Below, piece after piece: positions 30,533 to 38,933 of a stretch of 42,110 bases of DNA. The translations under genes and the position numbers were made by a program. The stretch comes from a virus. Lineage: Duplodnaviria; Heunggongvirae; Uroviricota; Caudoviricetes. The notes beneath the pieces were generated by a model, which saw only the letters and a list, made by a program, of their open reading frames with translations, had not been told where the DNA came from and ran no database searches. The stretch covers positions 1 to 42,110 of the IMG/VR virus record IMGVR_UViG_2541047875_000007; one strand, 5' to 3'. The number at the start of each line of letters is the position of its first letter. The stretch's first letter is position 1.

Positions 30533-30826
30533 TTAAAATTCCATTTGTATTTGATCAGAACGCTCGGTTGCCGCCGGGCGTTTTTTATTGGTGAGAATCG
30601 AAGCAACTTGTCGTGCCAATCGAGCCATGTCGTCGTCAACGACGCCCCATTCAAGAACAGCAAGCAGCATTGAGAACTTTGGAATCCAGTCCCTCTTCCA
30701 CCTGCTGATCTGCGACTTATCAACTCCCACAGCTTCCGCTGTCTTCTCAGTTCCAAGCATTGCGATTTTGTTAAGCAACGCACTCTCGATTCTTAGAGCC
30801 TCGTTGCGTTTGTTTGCACGAACCAT
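30533..30826 (-). CDS. cII: Transcriptional activator CII (lambda-type)
   Basis: 97 aa from ATG 30826: MVRANKRNEALRIESALLNKIAMLGTEKTAEAVGVDKSQISRWKRDWIPKF... matches lambda CII. Confidence 0.95.
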   Translation of the reverse strand: MVRANKRNEALRIESALLNKIAMLGTEKTAEAVGVDKSQISRWKRDWIPKFSMLLAVLEWGVVDDDMARLARQVASILTNKKRPAATERSDQIQMEF

Positions 30827-30905
30827 ATGTAAGTATTTCCTTAGATAACAATTGATTGAATGTATGCAAATAAATGCATACACCATAGGTGTGGTTTAAT
30901 TTGAT

Positions 30906-30937
30906 GCCCTTTTTCAGGGCTGTGATGTGTAAGAGCG
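30906..30937 (-). promoter_or_regulatory. nutR: boxA (30930-30937) and boxB (30906-30920)
   Basis: Minus strand CGCTCTTA ... GCCCTGAAAAAGGGC, identical to remembered lambda nutR boxA/boxB; immediately downstream of cro. Confidence 0.8.
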
Positions 30938-30945
30938 AGAATGTC

Positions 30946-31161
30946 TTAAGCGGCTTTGTGTTCCGGCGGGAACACGTCATCAAGACTGACTTTTGCGCCT
31001 AACTTGTTTAGGCACTCAACAAGAGCACGGCATGTTTTAAGGTCTGGGAAGCGACGACCAGATTCCCAATGTCCGATAGCTCCCTGTGTGCATCCAACTG
31101 CCTTAGCAAGTGTTGTTTGAGAGATATTCAGTGACTCTCGATATTTTCGTAGGTTGCTCAT
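30946..31161 (-). CDS. cro: Cro-like repressor (HTH, XRE family)
   Basis: 71 aa from ATG 31161 (GGAGG upstream); helix-turn-helix ISQTTLAKAVGCTQGAIGHWESG; divergent from cI. Confidence 0.8.
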   Translation of the reverse strand: MSNLRKYRESLNISQTTLAKAVGCTQGAIGHWESGRRFPDLKTCRALVECLNKLGAKVSLDDVFPPEHKAA

Positions 31162-31273
31162 ATGCCCTCCATAGTAACCATGAAACAATAATACGATATG
31201 TACTTTTAGAATGCAAACAAAAAAATACATCTTGTGCATGGATGGTTTTAGTACAGAGCGTAATAATAATGGT
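31162..31273. promoter_or_regulatory. OR region: PR (minus; -35 TTGCAT at 31211-31216, -10 TATTAT at 31188-31193), putative PRM for leaderless cI, and two copies of a 12-bp operator motif (31192-31203, 31251-31262)
   Basis: Motif GTACA-N3-CGTA occurs at the PR -10/spacer (reverse orientation), near the PRM -10, and again at PL (32072-32083). Confidence 0.6.
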
Positions 31274-31933
31274 ATGAAAATGAAATGGTATGAACTGGCT
31301 AGATCCAGAATGAAAGAGCTCGGCATAACTCAAGAGAGGTTAGCTGAAGAGCTTGGTATGACGCAGGGTGGAATTGGTCACTGGTTGCGCGGATCTCGTC
31401 ATCCATCTCTTGACGAGATTGGTGTGGTGTTTAAATACCTTGGTATTGATAACGTCTCATTCAACCACGACGGTACATTTTCACCTGTTGGCGAATACTC
31501 TCTGCCCCCGTTAAAAAAACAATATGAGTACCCTGTTTTTTCTCATGTTCAGGCCGGGATGTTCTCGCCTGAGCTTAGAACCTTTACCAAAGGTGATGCG
31601 GAGAGATGGGTCAGCACAACCAAAAAAGCCAGTGATTGTGCGTTCTGGCTTGAAGTTGAAGGTAATTCCATGACCGCGCCAACAGGATCCAAGCCAAGCT
31701 TTCCTGACGGGATGTTAATTCTCGTTGACCCTGAGCAGGCTGTTGAGCCAGGTGATTTCTGCATAGCCAGACTTGGTGGTGACGAGTTTACCTTCAAGAA
31801 ACTGATCAGGGATAGCGGTCAGGTGTTCCTACAGCCACTAAACCCGCAATATCCAATGATTCCATGCAATGATAGCTGTTCCGTAGTAGGGAAAGTTATC
31901 GCCAGCCAGTGGCCTGAAGAGACATTTAGTTAA
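31274..31933 (+). CDS. cI: CI-type prophage repressor (HTH plus LexA-like S24 peptidase domain); start uncertain (ATG 31274 or 31280)
   Basis: [28 protein letters not shown]; C-terminal S24 features (AG cleavage-site context, GNSM, and a Lys-containing DEFTFKKL segment). The track's upstream ATG 31211 lies inside the PR -35. Confidence 0.85.
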   Translation: MKMKWYELARSRMKELGITQERLAEELGMTQGGIGHWLRGSRHPSLDEIGVVFKYLGIDNVSFNHDGTFSPVGEYSLPPLKKQYEYPVFSHVQAGMFSPELRTFTKGDAERWVSTTKKASDCAFWLEVEGNSMTAPTGSKPSFPDGMLILVDPEQAVEPGDFCIARLGGDEFTFKKLIRDSGQVFLQPLNPQYPMIPCNDSCSVVGKVIASQWPEETFS

Positions 31934-31963
31934 CAGCCTCACAACTCTAAAATACACAACAAT

Positions 31964-31993
31964 AACCCGACCTTAGCGTCGGGTTTTCTTTTT
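31964..31993 (+). terminator. Intrinsic terminator downstream of cI
   Basis: AACCCGAC-CTTAGC-GTCGGGTT hairpin followed by TTTCTTTTT. Confidence 0.6.
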
Positions 31994-32058
31994 CCAAAAT
32001 ATAAACCCATTAAATACAAAGCGTTATAAAAAACTAATTATATTTAGAACATTTTGTA

Positions 32059-32094
32059 TTGACTCAATAAAGTACAAATCGTACTATTTAGCCA
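32059..32094 (+). promoter_or_regulatory. PL promoter with overlapping OL operator (32072-32083)
   Basis: TTGACT - 17 bp - TACTAT, then ATCAGCAGGACGCACT matching the remembered lambda PL transcript start; operator GTACAAATCGTA in the spacer. Confidence 0.7.
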
Positions 32095-32125
32095 TCAGCA
32101 GGACGCACTAACCACCATGAAGGTG

Positions 32126-32156
32126 AGGCTCTTAAAAATTAAGCCCTGAAGAAGGG
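32126..32156 (+). promoter_or_regulatory. nutL: boxA (32126-32133, GGCTCTTA) and boxB (32142-32156, GCCCTGAAGAAGGGC)
   Basis: boxB identical to remembered lambda nutL boxB; boxA differs from CGCTCTTA at one position. Confidence 0.85.
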
Positions 32157-32340
32157 CGGCATTCAAAGCAGAAAGCTTTGGGGTGTGGTGAAGCTCAACG
32201 GCGAGCTAGGGAATAGTTTTGCGGTGAAGATTCTAGACAACTAACCGCAGGATGCGCGTAACCCAATCGGCAGCGCACCGATGGAAGCTGGTTCGACTCC
32301 AGCCACCACACCACCAAAGCTAACTGACAGGAGAATCCAG

Positions 32341-32667
32341 ATGGATGCACAAACACGCCGCCGCGAACGTCGCGCAGAGAAACAGGCTCAATGGAAAGCA
32401 GCAAATCCCCTGTTGGTTGGGGTAAACGCAAAACCAGTTAACCGCCCTATTCTCTCGCTGAATCGCAAACCGAAATCACGAGTAGAAAGCGCACTGAATC
32501 CGATAGACCTTACGGTGCTGGCTGAATACCACGAACAGATTGAAAGCAACCTGCAACGTATTGAGCGCAAGAATCAGCGCACATGGTACAGCAAGCCACG
32601 CAGTGAAATGGGTGTGACTTGTGTTGGTCGCCAGAAAATGAAATTAGGCAGCAAACCACTTATTTGA
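32341..32667 (+). CDS. N: Antiterminator N (lambda-type)
   Basis: From ATG 32341: MDAQTRRRERRAEKQAQWKAANPLLVGVNAKPVNRPILSLNRKPKSRVESALNPIDLTVLAEYHEQIES... matches lambda N including the Arg-rich motif. Confidence 0.95.
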   Translation: MDAQTRRRERRAEKQAQWKAANPLLVGVNAKPVNRPILSLNRKPKSRVESALNPIDLTVLAEYHEQIESNLQRIERKNQRTWYSKPRSEMGVTCVGRQKMKLGSKPLI

Positions 32668-32675
32668 GGTGATAT

Positions 32676-32864
32676 ATGGAACGTAAATTTGAAATTTGGT
32701 TGGATTCCGGCGCAAACATTCATTCTTGCAAAAAGACAGTTGTAACACTCGATGATCTTGGCTTATCCGAGAATGAGTGGAATGAAATGGATCAGGACGA
32801 AAAAGACGAAAACATGCGTGATGTAGCATTTGAAACGCTTGATTGGGGATGGAAGGAAATTTAA
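32676..32864 (+). CDS. Hypothetical acidic protein (62 aa) immediately downstream of N
   Basis: ATG with GAGGTGA upstream; no family recognised. Confidence 0.6.
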   Translation: MERKFEIWLDSGANIHSCKKTVVTLDDLGLSENEWNEMDQDEKDENMRDVAFETLDWGWKEI

Positions 32865-32869
32865 GTGAT

Positions 32870-32895
32870 GGCCGCATAGTCGGCCTTTATTTTTG
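32870..32895 (+). terminator. Candidate intrinsic terminator in the early-left operon
   Basis: GGCCG-CATAGT-CGGCC followed by TTTATTTTT. Confidence 0.5.
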
Positions 32896-32916
32896 GCATA
32901 AACAACAGAGGCTAAC

Positions 32917-33213
32917 ATGGAATTTAAAGGTACTGAAGGTAAGTGGGAAATAATGATGGATGGCGATGAGATTAAAATCATCCAGGCAGACTCACTTGAA
33001 AATGGCGCAGGCTGGCGTTCGTATATTGCAATCTGTGAGGAAGTTCAATGCATTGAAGATGCCAATCTAATAGCGGCAGCACCTGACCTTCTCGAAGCAC
33101 TTCAGTTATTACTTAAGCAAACCAAAAATAGAACAACGACAACATATCCAGAATGGTATGGAGCTGTTAATAAAGGTCTCGCAGCAATAAGAAAAGCTCT
33201 TGGGGATAAGTAA
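32917..33213 (+). CDS. Hypothetical protein (98 aa)
   Basis: ATG with AGAGG upstream; no family recognised. Confidence 0.6.
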   Translation: MEFKGTEGKWEIMMDGDEIKIIQADSLENGAGWRSYIAICEEVQCIEDANLIAAAPDLLEALQLLLKQTKNRTTTTYPEWYGAVNKGLAAIRKALGDK

Positions 33214-33401
33214 TGAAAGTAAAAATAACTGCTTCTAATACCAGTTTTGTTAGTGTTGGTGATATTACAGAAGTAATAACAAACCATGATGGAACACAAG
33301 TTATGTGGTCTGATTTTTGTAAAAGATATGAGCGAGTCACTTGGTGTAAACTCGTATGGGGCGTCGAATACGAAGAATTACCTGAAATGCATGACGAATA
33401 A
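33213..33401 (+). CDS. Hypothetical protein (62 aa)
   Basis: Start overlaps the preceding stop (TAATG). Confidence 0.55.
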   Translation: MKVKITASNTSFVSVGDITEVITNHDGTQVMWSDFCKRYERVTWCKLVWGVEYEELPEMHDE

Positions 33402-33404
33402 GCA

Positions 33405-33432
33405 CTGTGTATTCATTCCAACGAGTGAATAC
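33405..33432 (+). repeat. Perfect 9-bp inverted repeat with 10-nt loop
   Basis: GTGTATTCA-TTCCAACGAG-TGAATACAC read directly from the sequence. Confidence 0.5.
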
Positions 33433-33496
33433 ACGGAGCAATGTCGCTCGTAACTAAACAGGAGCCGACTTGTTCTGATTATTGGAAATCTTCTTT

Positions 33497-33521
33497 GCCC
33501 TCCAGTGTGAGGGCCTTTTTA
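33497..33521 (+). terminator. Candidate intrinsic terminator upstream of the cIII-like gene
   Basis: GCCCTC-CAGTGTG-AGGGC followed by CTTTTTA. Confidence 0.55.
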
Positions 33522-33586
33522 TATGCATACCAATAACGCTTCACTCGAGGCGTTTTCGTTATGCAATCAAACAGAAGGAGCATCCT

Positions 33587-33757
33587 ATGCAACAGTTCGC
33601 TATTGCAGGGGCGGCATCGGTTCGCCCTTTCAACCCGATTTTATCGGTACAGCATTCACGAAAAAATATTTTAACCGGAGCAGACTTTAAACAACCAAGA
33701 ATGAAAAGTTTGCTCGAAAAGATTTGGGATATTTTGAAACAACAAGGCCGTCCATGA
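33587..33757 (+). CDS. Possible CIII-like protein (56 aa)
   Basis: ATG 33587 with AAGGAG 6 nt upstream; MQQFAIAGAAS...SLLEKIWDILKQQG weakly resembles lambda CIII (MQYAIAG...SLLERI...DILNQPG) at the expected map position. Confidence 0.45.
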   Translation: MQQFAIAGAASVRPFNPILSVQHSRKNILTGADFKQPRMKSLLEKIWDILKQQGRP

Positions 33758-33912
33758 GTTTTACAGATAACTGTTCAGACGAAGAATTCATTCGTCAGAT
33801 GAAAGAATTAATCGGTAACGAAGGAGATATTCATGTCACTTGCAACCACAGTGAAGGAGAGCAAGTTACAGAGGCGCATGTACACGCAGAAAGCTCTCTG
33901 GTATCGCCATAA
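33754..33912 (+). CDS. Hypothetical small protein (52 aa), coupled to the preceding gene
   Basis: ATG 33754 overlaps the previous stop (ATGA). Confidence 0.4.
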   Translation: MSFTDNCSDEEFIRQMKELIGNEGDIHVTCNHSEGEQVTEAHVHAESSLVSP

Positions 33913-34011
33913 TGGCGACCGCGAAGGAATGCGGGTATGCCTTAATTTGTCCCGAGTCGAAGTATTAAATCAGCGTTATTTCCTTGGGCCGTGTCCATTC
34001 TGAGGTGAATT

Positions 34012-34719
34012 ATGGATTTGAACAAATTCGATGAGCCATTCAGCCCTGAAGATATCGAATGGCGAATACAGCAAAGCGGTAAAACACGCGATGGAAAGGT
34101 GTGGGCTATGGTGCTGGCTTATGTCACGAACAGGGCAATCATGAAACGCCTGGACGATGTTTGCGGCAAAGCAGGATGGCGCAATGAATACCGCGATATT
34201 CCCAACAACGGCGGCGTTGAATGCGGCATATCAATAAAGATTGATTCCGAATGGGTAACCAAATGGGATGCTGCTGAAAACACGCAGGTAGAAGCCGTCA
34301 AAGGTGGTCGTTCCGGTGCAATGAAGCGCGCTGCCGTTCAGTGGGGAATCGGTAGGTATCTGTATAACCTTGAGGAAGGTTTCGCACAAACATCTCTCGA
34401 TAAAAAGCAGGGGTGGCACAGGGCAAAACTGAAGGATGGAACAGGATTTTACTGGCTCCCTCCATCACTTCCGGGATGGGCAATCCCAGCATCAGATAAC
34501 AAACCATCACCAGAAAATACCAACCAGAAATCTCCATCGGTTGACTGCGAACAAATCCTGAAAGACTTCAGCGATTATGCAGCGACAGAAACTGACAAGA
34601 AAAAACTCATCGAGCGTTATCAGCGTGACTGGCAATTAATGGCTGGCAACGAGGAGGCGCAGGCTAAATGCGTTCAGGTAATGAACATCAGAGTTAACGA
34701 ACTAAAACAGGCGGCATAA
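34012..34719 (+). CDS. Single-strand annealing protein, Rad52/Sak-like
   Basis: 235 aa; ...GGRSGAMKRAAVQWGIGRYLYNL... recalled as the conserved Rad52-like annealing-protein motif; directly upstream of ssb. Confidence 0.6.
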   Translation: MDLNKFDEPFSPEDIEWRIQQSGKTRDGKVWAMVLAYVTNRAIMKRLDDVCGKAGWRNEYRDIPNNGGVECGISIKIDSEWVTKWDAAENTQVEAVKGGRSGAMKRAAVQWGIGRYLYNLEEGFAQTSLDKKQGWHRAKLKDGTGFYWLPPSLPGWAIPASDNKPSPENTNQKSPSVDCEQILKDFSDYAATETDKKKLIERYQRDWQLMAGNEEAQAKCVQVMNIRVNELKQAA

Positions 34720-35235
34720 ATGGCAAGCAGAGGCGTAAATAAGGTGATCATTATTGGTCGCCTTGGGCATGATCCAGAAATCAGATATTCACCATCAGGA
34801 ACGGCATTTGCAAACCTTACCGTTGCTACGTCAGAACAATGGCGTGATAAGAAAACTGGAGAGCAAAAGGAGCAGACGGAGTGGCACCGCGTGGTAATGA
34901 GCGGGAAACTGGCAGAAATTGCCAGCGAATATCTGCGAAAAGGCTCTGAGGTTTATCTTGAAGGCAAATTGCGGACAAGAAAATGGCAGGATCAAAGCGG
35001 ACAGGATCGGTTCACTACCGAAGTCATCGTGGGCGTTGGTGGAACCATGCAAATGCTTGGTGGCAAGCAAGGAGGCAATGAACAGTCTTCACCTCAGCGA
35101 AATAATGGTCAGCAACAAAGACAGCAACCTCAGCAGCAGGGAAATCACAGCGAACCACCTATGGATTTTGACGACGATATCCCCTTTGCACCAGTAACTC
35201 TCCCTTTCCCTCGTCACGCTATTCACGCAATTTAA
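34720..35235 (+). CDS. ssb: Single-stranded DNA-binding protein
   Basis: N-terminal OB fold ([36 protein letters not shown]...), Gly/Gln-rich linker, acidic C-terminal tip DFDDDIPF. Confidence 0.9.
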   Translation: MASRGVNKVIIIGRLGHDPEIRYSPSGTAFANLTVATSEQWRDKKTGEQKEQTEWHRVVMSGKLAEIASEYLRKGSEVYLEGKLRTRKWQDQSGQDRFTTEVIVGVGGTMQMLGGKQGGNEQSSPQRNNGQQQRQQPQQQGNHSEPPMDFDDDIPFAPVTLPFPRHAIHAI

Positions 35236-35243
35236 GGACTTAC

Positions 35244-35792
35244 ATGAATCACTTGATGGTTGACCTTGAAACAATAGGCAACGGGCCATACGCGCCAGTT
35301 ATTTCTATTGGGGCGGTATTCTTTGACCCGAATACCGGAGAAACAGGAGAAGAGTTCTCGGTAAATATCTCGCTTGAGTCATCAATGCGATATCGAGCGC
35401 GTCCTGACGCTTCAACGATTTTATGGTGGATGGAACAGAGTGAAGAAGCCAGAAAATCGCTAACCAGCAACACTCAGGAGCTTTCAACGGCTCTTTCATG
35501 GTTATCTGAATTCATCATAAAGAACGCTAACCACAAATTCGTTCAGGTTTGGGGGAATGGAGCATCATTTGACTGCGTTATTCTCCGAAACAGTTATTCG
35601 CTGACAGGGCAGCCAGTTCCGTGGCAGTGGTGGAATGACCGCGACGTAAGAACAATCGTCGAGCTTGGAAAGGTAATAGGATTCGACCCTAAGCGAGATA
35701 TGCCATTCAAAGGAACTCGCCACAACGCTCTTGATGATGCCATTCACCAAGCCAAATACGTTTCAGCGATCTGGAAAAAGTTAGCTAAATAA
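35244..35792 (+). CDS. 3'-5' exonuclease (DEDDh / DnaQ-like)
   Basis: Exo I motif MVDLETIG and Exo III motif HNALDDAIHQAKY. Confidence 0.75.
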   Translation: MNHLMVDLETIGNGPYAPVISIGAVFFDPNTGETGEEFSVNISLESSMRYRARPDASTILWWMEQSEEARKSLTSNTQELSTALSWLSEFIIKNANHKFVQVWGNGASFDCVILRNSYSLTGQPVPWQWWNDRDVRTIVELGKVIGFDPKRDMPFKGTRHNALDDAIHQAKYVSAIWKKLAK

Positions 35793-35808
35793 TCAACAGG
35801 AGAAAACC

Positions 35809-36102
35809 ATGCCAGCGCCTCTGTATGGTGCGGATGACGCGCGCCGCTGTTCCGGCAATTCCGTATCGGAGGTGCTGGATAAATTCAGGAAAAACTACGA
35901 CCGGATAATGTCGCTACCGCAGGAAACGAAAGAGGAAAAGGAATTTCGCCATTGTATATGGCTTGCAGAGAAAGAAGAACGCGAGCGAATTTACCAGACA
36001 TCAATCCGACCATTCCGCAAAGCCACATATACCCACTTCCCTGAAATTGACCCGCGCCTGCGTAATTACCGCTCACGCTATGGCGCTATCAGTAATGACT
36101 GA
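35809..36102 (+). CDS. Hypothetical protein (97 aa)
   Basis: ATG with GGAG upstream. Confidence 0.55.
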   Translation: MPAPLYGADDARRCSGNSVSEVLDKFRKNYDRIMSLPQETKEEKEFRHCIWLAEKEERERIYQTSIRPFRKATYTHFPEIDPRLRNYRSRYGAISND

Positions 36103-36112
36103 GGAATTTACC

Positions 36113-36277
36113 ATGAGAGGACTTGCATACAATCCCGGCATTCTTCCGGCAGAAATGATTATTCGCCAACGCGTAAAGCCAATGCCATCGAGAGAGGAAT
36201 TGCTTAAGAGAAATTCTTTTCCATCAGTGAATCAAAACAAATATCTGAATGCGATGTGGCGGAGTGGGAAAAAATGA
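36113..36277 (+). CDS. Hypothetical small protein (54 aa)
   Basis: ATG 36113 with GAGGAA 6 nt upstream; the ORF-track ORF 35963-36277 overlaps the previous gene and was trimmed. Confidence 0.45.
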   Translation: MRGLAYNPGILPAEMIIRQRVKPMPSREELLKRNSFPSVNQNKYLNAMWRSGKK

Positions 36278-36711
36278 AACAAATGTCACTAATTGAGATG
36301 GATGGTTTTCTGAAAGGTAAATGCATCCCACGAGATTTAAAGGTTAACGAAACAAACGCTGAATATCTGGTGCGTAAATTTGCTGAAGCGGAGGCCAAGT
36401 GCGCGGCGCTGGCTGCTGAAGTTGAGGCTGTGAAATCAGCACATCAAGATGCTGTAAACACCATCATGTATACCGCCAATCGAACGGGTGTTTTATACAC
36501 AGAGAAGGCAATTCAAATGTCCTGCAAAACCCCGGCCACCGATGCTTTCCTGACTGAAGTCCGGGCTAAGGCGTTTGATGACCTTTGCGCGGCGTTCGTT
36601 AAGCACGCGTCGGTGTCCGGGCTGGACGATGGCGACTGCGTTACGGTGAAAGAGGCGACTGACGCCCTGCTGCATTGTGCGGAACAGCTTCACAAGGGAG
36701 TGCATTCATGA
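36274..36711 (+). CDS. Hypothetical protein (145 aa)
   Basis: ATG 36274 overlaps the previous stop (ATGA); GGAG upstream. Confidence 0.55.
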   Translation: MKQMSLIEMDGFLKGKCIPRDLKVNETNAEYLVRKFAEAEAKCAALAAEVEAVKSAHQDAVNTIMYTANRTGVLYTEKAIQMSCKTPATDAFLTEVRAKAFDDLCAAFVKHASVSGLDDGDCVTVKEATDALLHCAEQLHKGVHS

Positions 36712-36941
36712 GCAACCTACTACCATGTCCATTCTGTGGCGGTGCAGCGCACGTTGCCAGCGAAGCAGATCACCCTGAATATGGCTCTGGCGGTCGATTC
36801 TATTTCGTTCGATGCGGTACGTGTCGCGCTCAATCTGGTAGCAAATATGCAGCGCCTGGAAATGACTGCGCGATTTTTTATTCAGAGGTTAGAGCAGAGT
36901 GGAATCAGCGAGCAAAGGAGGCAACCAGTGAGCAAGATTGA
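36708..36941 (+). CDS. Lar-family restriction-alleviation-like zinc-ribbon protein
   Basis: [12 protein letters not shown]...FVRCGTCRAQSG...AEWNQR fits the remembered Lar-family pattern; ATG overlaps the preceding stop. Confidence 0.6.
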   Translation: MSNLLPCPFCGGAAHVASEADHPEYGSGGRFYFVRCGTCRAQSGSKYAAPGNDCAIFYSEVRAEWNQRAKEATSEQD

Positions 36942-37335
36942 CTATCAGGCACTGCGTGAAGCGGCAGAGAAAGCCGGTGAAGATAAGTGGCAGGCTAAAA
37001 AAATAAATGGTGATTTTTTCGTTATTCGTCACGGTAGTTATACAAGACAGCATGGCTACACATCGTATCAACCCATTGCGGAGATTGATTGTAAGCCAGT
37101 CCGGGATTTTGTTGCCAAGGCTAATCCGGCTACCGTGCTGGAATTACTGGATGAACTGGAAGCAGCAAAAAAGCGCATTGCAGAACTGGAAGCGCGGGAA
37201 ATATCGCTCCCGGAACGTAGCAGCATGCTTCATCGAACAGATTTTCACGATGATTACCAAACGGTAATGGCATACAAAGTTTCTGAAGTCATCGATGCAA
37301 TCCGCGCTACTGGCATTCGCATCAAAGGAGAGTGA
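36928..37335 (+). CDS. Ead/Ea22-like protein (135 aa); GTG start
   Basis: GTG 36928 preceded by AGGAGG; VSKIDYQALREAAEKAGEDKW... and coiled-coil ELLDELEAAKKRIAELEARE resemble Ead/Ea22-family proteins; overlaps the Lar-like gene by 14 nt. Confidence 0.5.
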   Translation: MSKIDYQALREAAEKAGEDKWQAKKINGDFFVIRHGSYTRQHGYTSYQPIAEIDCKPVRDFVAKANPATVLELLDELEAAKKRIAELEAREISLPERSSMLHRTDFHDDYQTVMAYKVSEVIDAIRATGIRIKGE

Positions 37336-37336
37336 T

Positions 37337-37852
37337 ATGGCGTTAACACACAGCGAACTCTGTCAGATTGCGTACAAGTTCCTTAAGCGCAACGGGTTCA
37401 AGGTTTATTTTCATGACCGCTTTATAGCTGTAACCAGTACCGGAGAACAGCCAGATGCTATGGGATTCAGAAATTCAGCATCATGCCTGATAGAGGCGAA
37501 GTGTTCTCGTGCTGACTTGTTGGCAGATAGAAAAAAGCGTTTCCGTAAAAATCCGTCTTTTGGAATGGGCGACTGGCGATTCTTTATTAGTGAGCCGGGA
37601 ATTATTTCAATTGAGGATTTACCTCCCGGCTGGGGATTACTTCACGTTGTTAACGGAAGAGTACGGAAAGTACATGGGTGGCCCAAGGGTAATTGCTGTT
37701 GGGGTAATCCTGACGATAAGCCATTTACTGGAAATAAGCAGGTTGAATGCGATTACATGTTATCTGCATTAAGGCGCATGGAGTTGAGAGGGCACCTTAA
37801 TGAAATATATGACGGTGTAATTGTTAATAAGAAAGAAGGAAACGCGGCATGA
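37337..37852 (+). CDS. Hypothetical protein with a PD-(D/E)xK nuclease-like motif
   Basis: ATG 37337 with AGGAG upstream; GEQPDAMGF...CLIEAKCS fits a PD...ExK signature; Cys-rich segment GNCCWGN. Confidence 0.45.
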   Translation: MALTHSELCQIAYKFLKRNGFKVYFHDRFIAVTSTGEQPDAMGFRNSASCLIEAKCSRADLLADRKKRFRKNPSFGMGDWRFFISEPGIISIEDLPPGWGLLHVVNGRVRKVHGWPKGNCCWGNPDDKPFTGNKQVECDYMLSALRRMELRGHLNEIYDGVIVNKKEGNAA

Positions 37853-38676
37853 TCACGATTACCAAAGAGTTCACCAAAGAGCAGTTGATTGAGCAGGCTA
37901 AGAAGAATATTGAGGTTCTTCGCGTTGCGGTGGAAAGAGTCCCAGGCGCTTATGATGCGGCGGTTATTCACCTCAAGCTGGCTGAAATTACGCTGGCATC
38001 GCTGGAAGCAGAGCCAGTGGCAAAGATTATAGCTCACTACCCATTAGGAATTGACGTAGGCAAACAAAAGTTCGTACAGGCCATTGGAGAGCTTCCTGAT
38101 TTTGGCGGATATCTATTCGCTGTGCCGCCAGCGCCGATAGCGTTGGAGGCTATTGAAAATGCAATTGAATACATTCGCAGTATCGCTTTTCACATAGATG
38201 AAGACGATTACCACGGCAAACATATTGCGTATTTCATGCGACAAGCATTGGCCTGGCTGGAAGGGCGTTCATGCAGCGACGACAGACTGGGTAAAGCCGA
38301 GAATCAACCAGTACGCGGCAATGAGTGGACTGGCAATCCTGATATTGATAACGCCATCATCATGCTCGACCGCATAGATACGCTGGAAAATTGTGATGAT
38401 GACCGTATTGAGGGTGTTAAGGCTGTTTTGCGCAGACTGGCTGTCAACTATCCGGTAACTCCGGATGGTTGGATAAGCTGTAGTGAGCGAATGCCGGATA
38501 GCAAAACAGCTGTTCTTGTTGCCAAGGAGTTTGATAGGAAAGGTGACTGGCGAATGAAATGGGCGACTTACATACCGGGGCATCCTGACGCTAATGATGG
38601 TTGGATAATTCCTGGTGCGTCGTGGAAACCGTCACACTGGATGCCGCTACCAGAACCGCCGCAGGAGGCAAAATGA
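37849..38676 (+). CDS. DUF551-domain protein
   Basis: 275 aa; C-terminal GWISCSERMPDSKTAVLV...WIIPGASWKPSHWMPLPEPP matches the remembered DUF551 pattern. Confidence 0.6.
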   Translation: MITITKEFTKEQLIEQAKKNIEVLRVAVERVPGAYDAAVIHLKLAEITLASLEAEPVAKIIAHYPLGIDVGKQKFVQAIGELPDFGGYLFAVPPAPIALEAIENAIEYIRSIAFHIDEDDYHGKHIAYFMRQALAWLEGRSCSDDRLGKAENQPVRGNEWTGNPDIDNAIIMLDRIDTLENCDDDRIEGVKAVLRRLAVNYPVTPDGWISCSERMPDSKTAVLVAKEFDRKGDWRMKWATYIPGHPDANDGWIIPGASWKPSHWMPLPEPPQEAK

Positions 38677-38933
38677 TGGATGTAAAAGAGAAGGTTTTGC
38701 AGGTGATGCGTTCCCGGGCTGCCCTGCAAGATAAAGCTCTCGGCGGGGAATATCCATTCAGGATGGCAACCTGGAATCTGCGGTTGGCAATGGAGAAGGA
38801 ATTTCCTGATGAAGAATGGCGTTCGGCAGATTTGCGCAAAATTCTTATGGAGCTGGCTAAAGACGGAACAGTATCCAAAGATACCCATGCCAGCCGGATT
38901 GGTCAGGCGGTATGGAGACTGGAGGTGAGGTAA
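38673..38933 (+). CDS. Hypothetical protein (86 aa)
   Basis: ATG 38673 with AGGAGG upstream; overlaps the previous stop. Confidence 0.55.
   Translation: MMDVKEKVLQVMRSRAALQDKALGGEYPFRMATWNLRLAMEKEFPDEEWRSADLRKILMELAKDGTVSKDTHASRIGQAVWRLEVR

Noticed and set aside
30511-30783. Upstream part of ORF-track ORF 30238-30783 (181 aa)
   Set aside because: It overlaps the lambda-identical cII gene in another frame; only the portion from ATG 30510, which has its own ribosome-binding site, is plausible.
31211-31273. Upstream extension of cI (ORF track starts at ATG 31211, [21 protein letters not shown]...)
   Set aside because: ATG 31211 is the complement of the PR -35 (TTGCAT) and the extension covers the operator sites; the HTH begins right after ATG 31274/31280, so the N-terminal 21 codons are almost certainly not translated.
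32270-32300. tRNA-like GGTTCGACTCC motif upstream of N
   Set aside because: No acceptor or anticodon stems can be formed; the stretch is part of the lambda-like N leader between nutL and the N start codon.
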